Source: Dendrobates tinctorius
Taxonomy: Eukaryota
NCBI RefSeq assembly: GCF_039654945.1
Contig: NW_027361806.1
Location: 18,724,001 to 18,774,115 of the forward strand
Reading direction: 5' to 3'
Length of the DNA stretch: 50,115 nucleotides
The notes under the pieces are model-generated. The model was not told the DNA's origin, made no database searches, and worked only from the letters and a program-made list of their open reading frames with translations. Shown piece by piece: positions 46,795-50,115 of the stretch. Position numbers and translations under genes: made by a program. Position 1 is the stretch's first letter; every line of letters begins with the position of its first letter.

Positions 46795-48419
46795 CCCTGC
46801 TGGGTCATATGAACAAGGGATCCTTTATGAGACATCCATTCTATATTTCTTCATCACAGCTTTTCTCATGAATTGCCCTTGTGGTCAAGAATTCCAGCGT
46901 TTGACTGCTCTTACTGTAAAGAACCCTTTGCTATAGTAATGACAGAACAGTTTTTCTTTCACTTGGGGAGGCAACAGGGGGTGCAGAACACACTGTAACA
47001 TTAACGTACTTCAAGTCCCAGCTTAACCCAGTACTGAGTAATGGCACGGCGGTGGAGCACTATAGAGAATCAGAAGCAATCAGAAAGTATAAGAATAGGA
47101 ACCTACTGGATCTTATTTATGAGACATCCATTCTGTTTTCCTTCATCACAGTTTGTTTCATTACTCACTCTTGTGGTCGTATGACTGCTCTTACTGTAAA
47201 GAACCCTTTCCTTCACTTGATGTAGCAACAGGGGGTGCAGAAGTAGTGGGTACCCCAATACCTGGTATATGCTGAGCCCCTCTCCCACCTAAAGAGACTC
47301 CAGTATTATAAGTGTCACATTATACAGGAGGGCCCAGTTACAAATGTTGACTTTTAATGTTGCATGTGACGGTCAGTAAATAAATTACTGATCTCCGCTT
47401 ACTAATGGCTCCTGAGCTCTCAGAAATGTCCCACCACAAGACTCCAAAGTGGGAAACCACAGAATCAGCAGAAGCTTTTTGTCTTTGCTTTCTTGAACCG
47501 AAGATTGAACCATGAATAACCTTGGAAGCGTCGCGTCCACATGAGGAGTAAAGACAAAGTTGGCATCTGATGGAGCGGCGAGTGCATTGGTGCGGCGGGT
47601 ACAGTTGCCCCTTTGGGTAATGCAGAGAACCAACTTAAATCTACAGTGGCCGCTCTCGTACTCTGAGCTTCATGGGTTCACTTTAGGGCAGCGCTTTATT
47701 CATCCGGAGACTGAGATAGAAAAATAAGATAAATCTCACCTATAAGAACCACAAGTGCTATCTTGCACGCTGCATCGCAGTCTGCGTCCTTCACGATGGG
47801 GACCATGATTTAATCTACACCCACATGGGGTGCACAGCAGCTTATGTTCTGCACTGCATGAAACCTGAAAATAAGATAAGACGTGATGAATCGGGGAGCT
47901 GTCACGAGCCGTATATACTTCAGGTTATACAGACAGACGATCCTTAAAGGGATGACACTTACTTACAAATTAATTGTGACCATGATAAAAATAATATAAG
48001 AAGTTGGTACTCACCCTCCCCAGGTCCAGTGCGGTGTCTCTACTGCGGCCCTGAAAAGCTGCAGCAATGATGTCACATCTACAGCGCTGCAGCCAATCAC
48101 TATAGATGGCACAAGTCGTTGTGCCCAGTGATTGGCTGCAGCACTGCTGATCTGACATTACCGATAATGTCGTCAAATTTTGCATAAACTTTATAATATA
48201 TCTTATCTGCTAAACATTCCCCTTTCTCCGCTTCTGAGCCACTTCTCCTAGAGCCTTGCTCTTGAACTCATCATTTGCTCTGAAAATTGCTAAAATTTGA
48301 CAAGATGGACAGCCAGCTCACTGAGGGATCAGATTACAGCTGCCTATTAAAGTCTAAAAGGAGGGGAGAGGAGAGAAGTAGAGTGATAGAGCGTAAAGAT
48401 ACCCCTGTGACTGTTTTAT

Positions 48420-48780
48420 TCTGTTTATTTCACCCTAGATCTGAATTTATAGCCACACTGCTCAGTACTGCTGTATAATGCCCACAAACTGCTAATTTCT
48501 AGGAAGTTTTTTTTTTAATCATCCAAGTTCTGGATTCAGAACTGCACTGCTCAGTAGTCCTGTGTAATGTGATCCATGCAGCTGCTTTCTAGGTAGTGTT
48601 TATATCGCTCCAGAGCTGGATTCTAAGCTGCACTGCTCATTGCTTAGTAGTGCTGTGTAATATACATTTTGCTGTTGATTCTAGTAAATGTTTTATCTCA
48701 CCCCAGAGCTGGATTCACAGCTACACTATTCCTTACAGCTGTATAACGCTCTCTATGTTACTGCTACTTCTGAATATGTA
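48420..48780. repeat. ~80-bp degenerate tandem repeat, same family as 20035-20726
   Basis: TTTATCTCACCCCAGAGCTGGATTCACAGCTACACT, CTGCTCAGTACTGCTGTATAATG. Confidence 0.75.
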
Positions 48781-49967
48781 TTATAAATTGACAGGAGAGA
48801 TGAAATCCCTCATGTCTGTGTGTGCTGTGTGAGATGTCATAGCAGCTCGTCTCCACCACCTTGCTCAAGATTAGCTGAAGTGATGGCTATGACATCTTTA
48901 TCTTCAGTATGTCTAGGTTGGTAATAGTATGATCTGTTACCGGATGCTCATATTATGCCGCTAGGAGATTCCTATTAGGAGATATGACATGAGATAGAAC
49001 TACATCCTGCAAGGTCCTGAGAATGAGAGCATGGTTGACCGTTCCATGGGACCCTGGAACCTCTTCCCATTATCATTTGTGTATGTACAAACGTGCATAA
49101 TTGCAACTATTTGCACCAGTGCCGAATACTCCAGTTTTATCCCTTAGATCCCAAAATCAAATATGATAATACATCTAAGTGGCCAGACGAGTGAGACCTT
49201 CCTCCATCCCCATCACCCATGTGATCTAGGATAGGAGTGCTGATGGGTTTCCCTGGCAGTAAGGGTTAATAAGAGCCCACACTTCTGCCATTGTTGCATT
49301 CCTGTGCCAGGGCTTAATAGGAATTTTGATCACCTCATCTCCCCACAAATGGTTACAATATAATCTAAAGCCTCCCTCAAAAAAAAAATCCCAGCGAAAC
49401 AAAAAAAGTAATCCCTCACTCAGCTCCATCAAAAAACAGAGAATAATAAAATAATCAAAACAAAGGATCTTCAATGACGTCAATGATAAGAGGAGATTAT
49501 ACTTTATTTTATTCCGTTTTATTGCTGTTCTACCTTTATGTGTCTGACATTTTATTAGTAACATTTATAAGCTCTTTGTTCTTATATAGAAAATCTTAAA
49601 ATTAATGTGCAGTAAGTGCCGATTGTGACAAGAAATGTTTACTCTGTTCTCGTAAAGATGTAGCCATAGTGTGACCATCTCTGCGATAATAATGGCCAGC
49701 GGGGACCTTATTCCTGGTGCTAAGTCCTTTGGCTTTTACCGGTCACTTCTTCCTAAATACGAACTGTACAAGTATTTTACCAATTCTTTAGATGGATGCG
49801 GCTATTGGAAGCTTTTATGCTTAGGAAGTCAAGACGTAATTTTGGAATTGCTGCTGATATTCTTCATTAACATCATTTAAGTCTTTTTCAATTTCTGCTC
49901 CACCACTTGTCATCGTTATGGTTCCTCGTACTCTTGGATTTCGCTGTCACTGTTTCTATTCTTCATC

Positions 49968-50115
49968 GATCCAACCACCCATCCAGCCACACTAAGCCAA
50001 CCCCACCCATTCACCTACCCATCCATCCACCCACGCACCCAAACCCATCCATCCCTCCATCCATCCACACATCAATCCATCCATCCACCCATCCAAACCC
50101 ATCAATCCATCCACT
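49968..50115. repeat. Degenerate (CCAT)n/(CCAC)n microsatellite
   Basis: Directly visible; runs off the window end. Confidence 0.9.

Overview
Vertebrate genomic DNA; the repeat families suggest a frog (inference). Two protein-coding genes lie head-to-head, as in the human ANKRD13C-CTH locus. (1) ANKRD13C coding exon 1 is on the minus strand (4871-4571) inside a CpG island with CRE/NRF1/CCAAT motifs; no further ANKRD13C exon was found in 1-4570, so the rest of the gene lies left of the window. (2) A complete 12-exon cystathionine gamma-lyase gene (CTH/CSE) is on the plus strand (ATG 26490 to TAA 39331, 1266 nt, 421 aa, all introns GT-AG, reading frame continuous). The rest is mostly transposon-derived. 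It includes a Tc1 remnant, and a near-full-length L2 LINE with a 2A-like (GDISPNPGP) peptide that is split by a nested CR1. There is also a second, inverted CR1, several solo-LTR-like elements with 5-bp TSDs, hAT-, Harbinger- and piggyBac-type MITEs, a Penelope-like end with a decayed hammerhead-like motif, and many minisatellites. I see no evidence of a wholly new multi-gene system. The best leads are the 2A/L2/CR1 nest, the changes in CTH (lost CXXC, C-terminal extension, possible upstream exon with uORFs, ATF4-type sites) and a tandem array of ZNF143/THAP11-type motifs.
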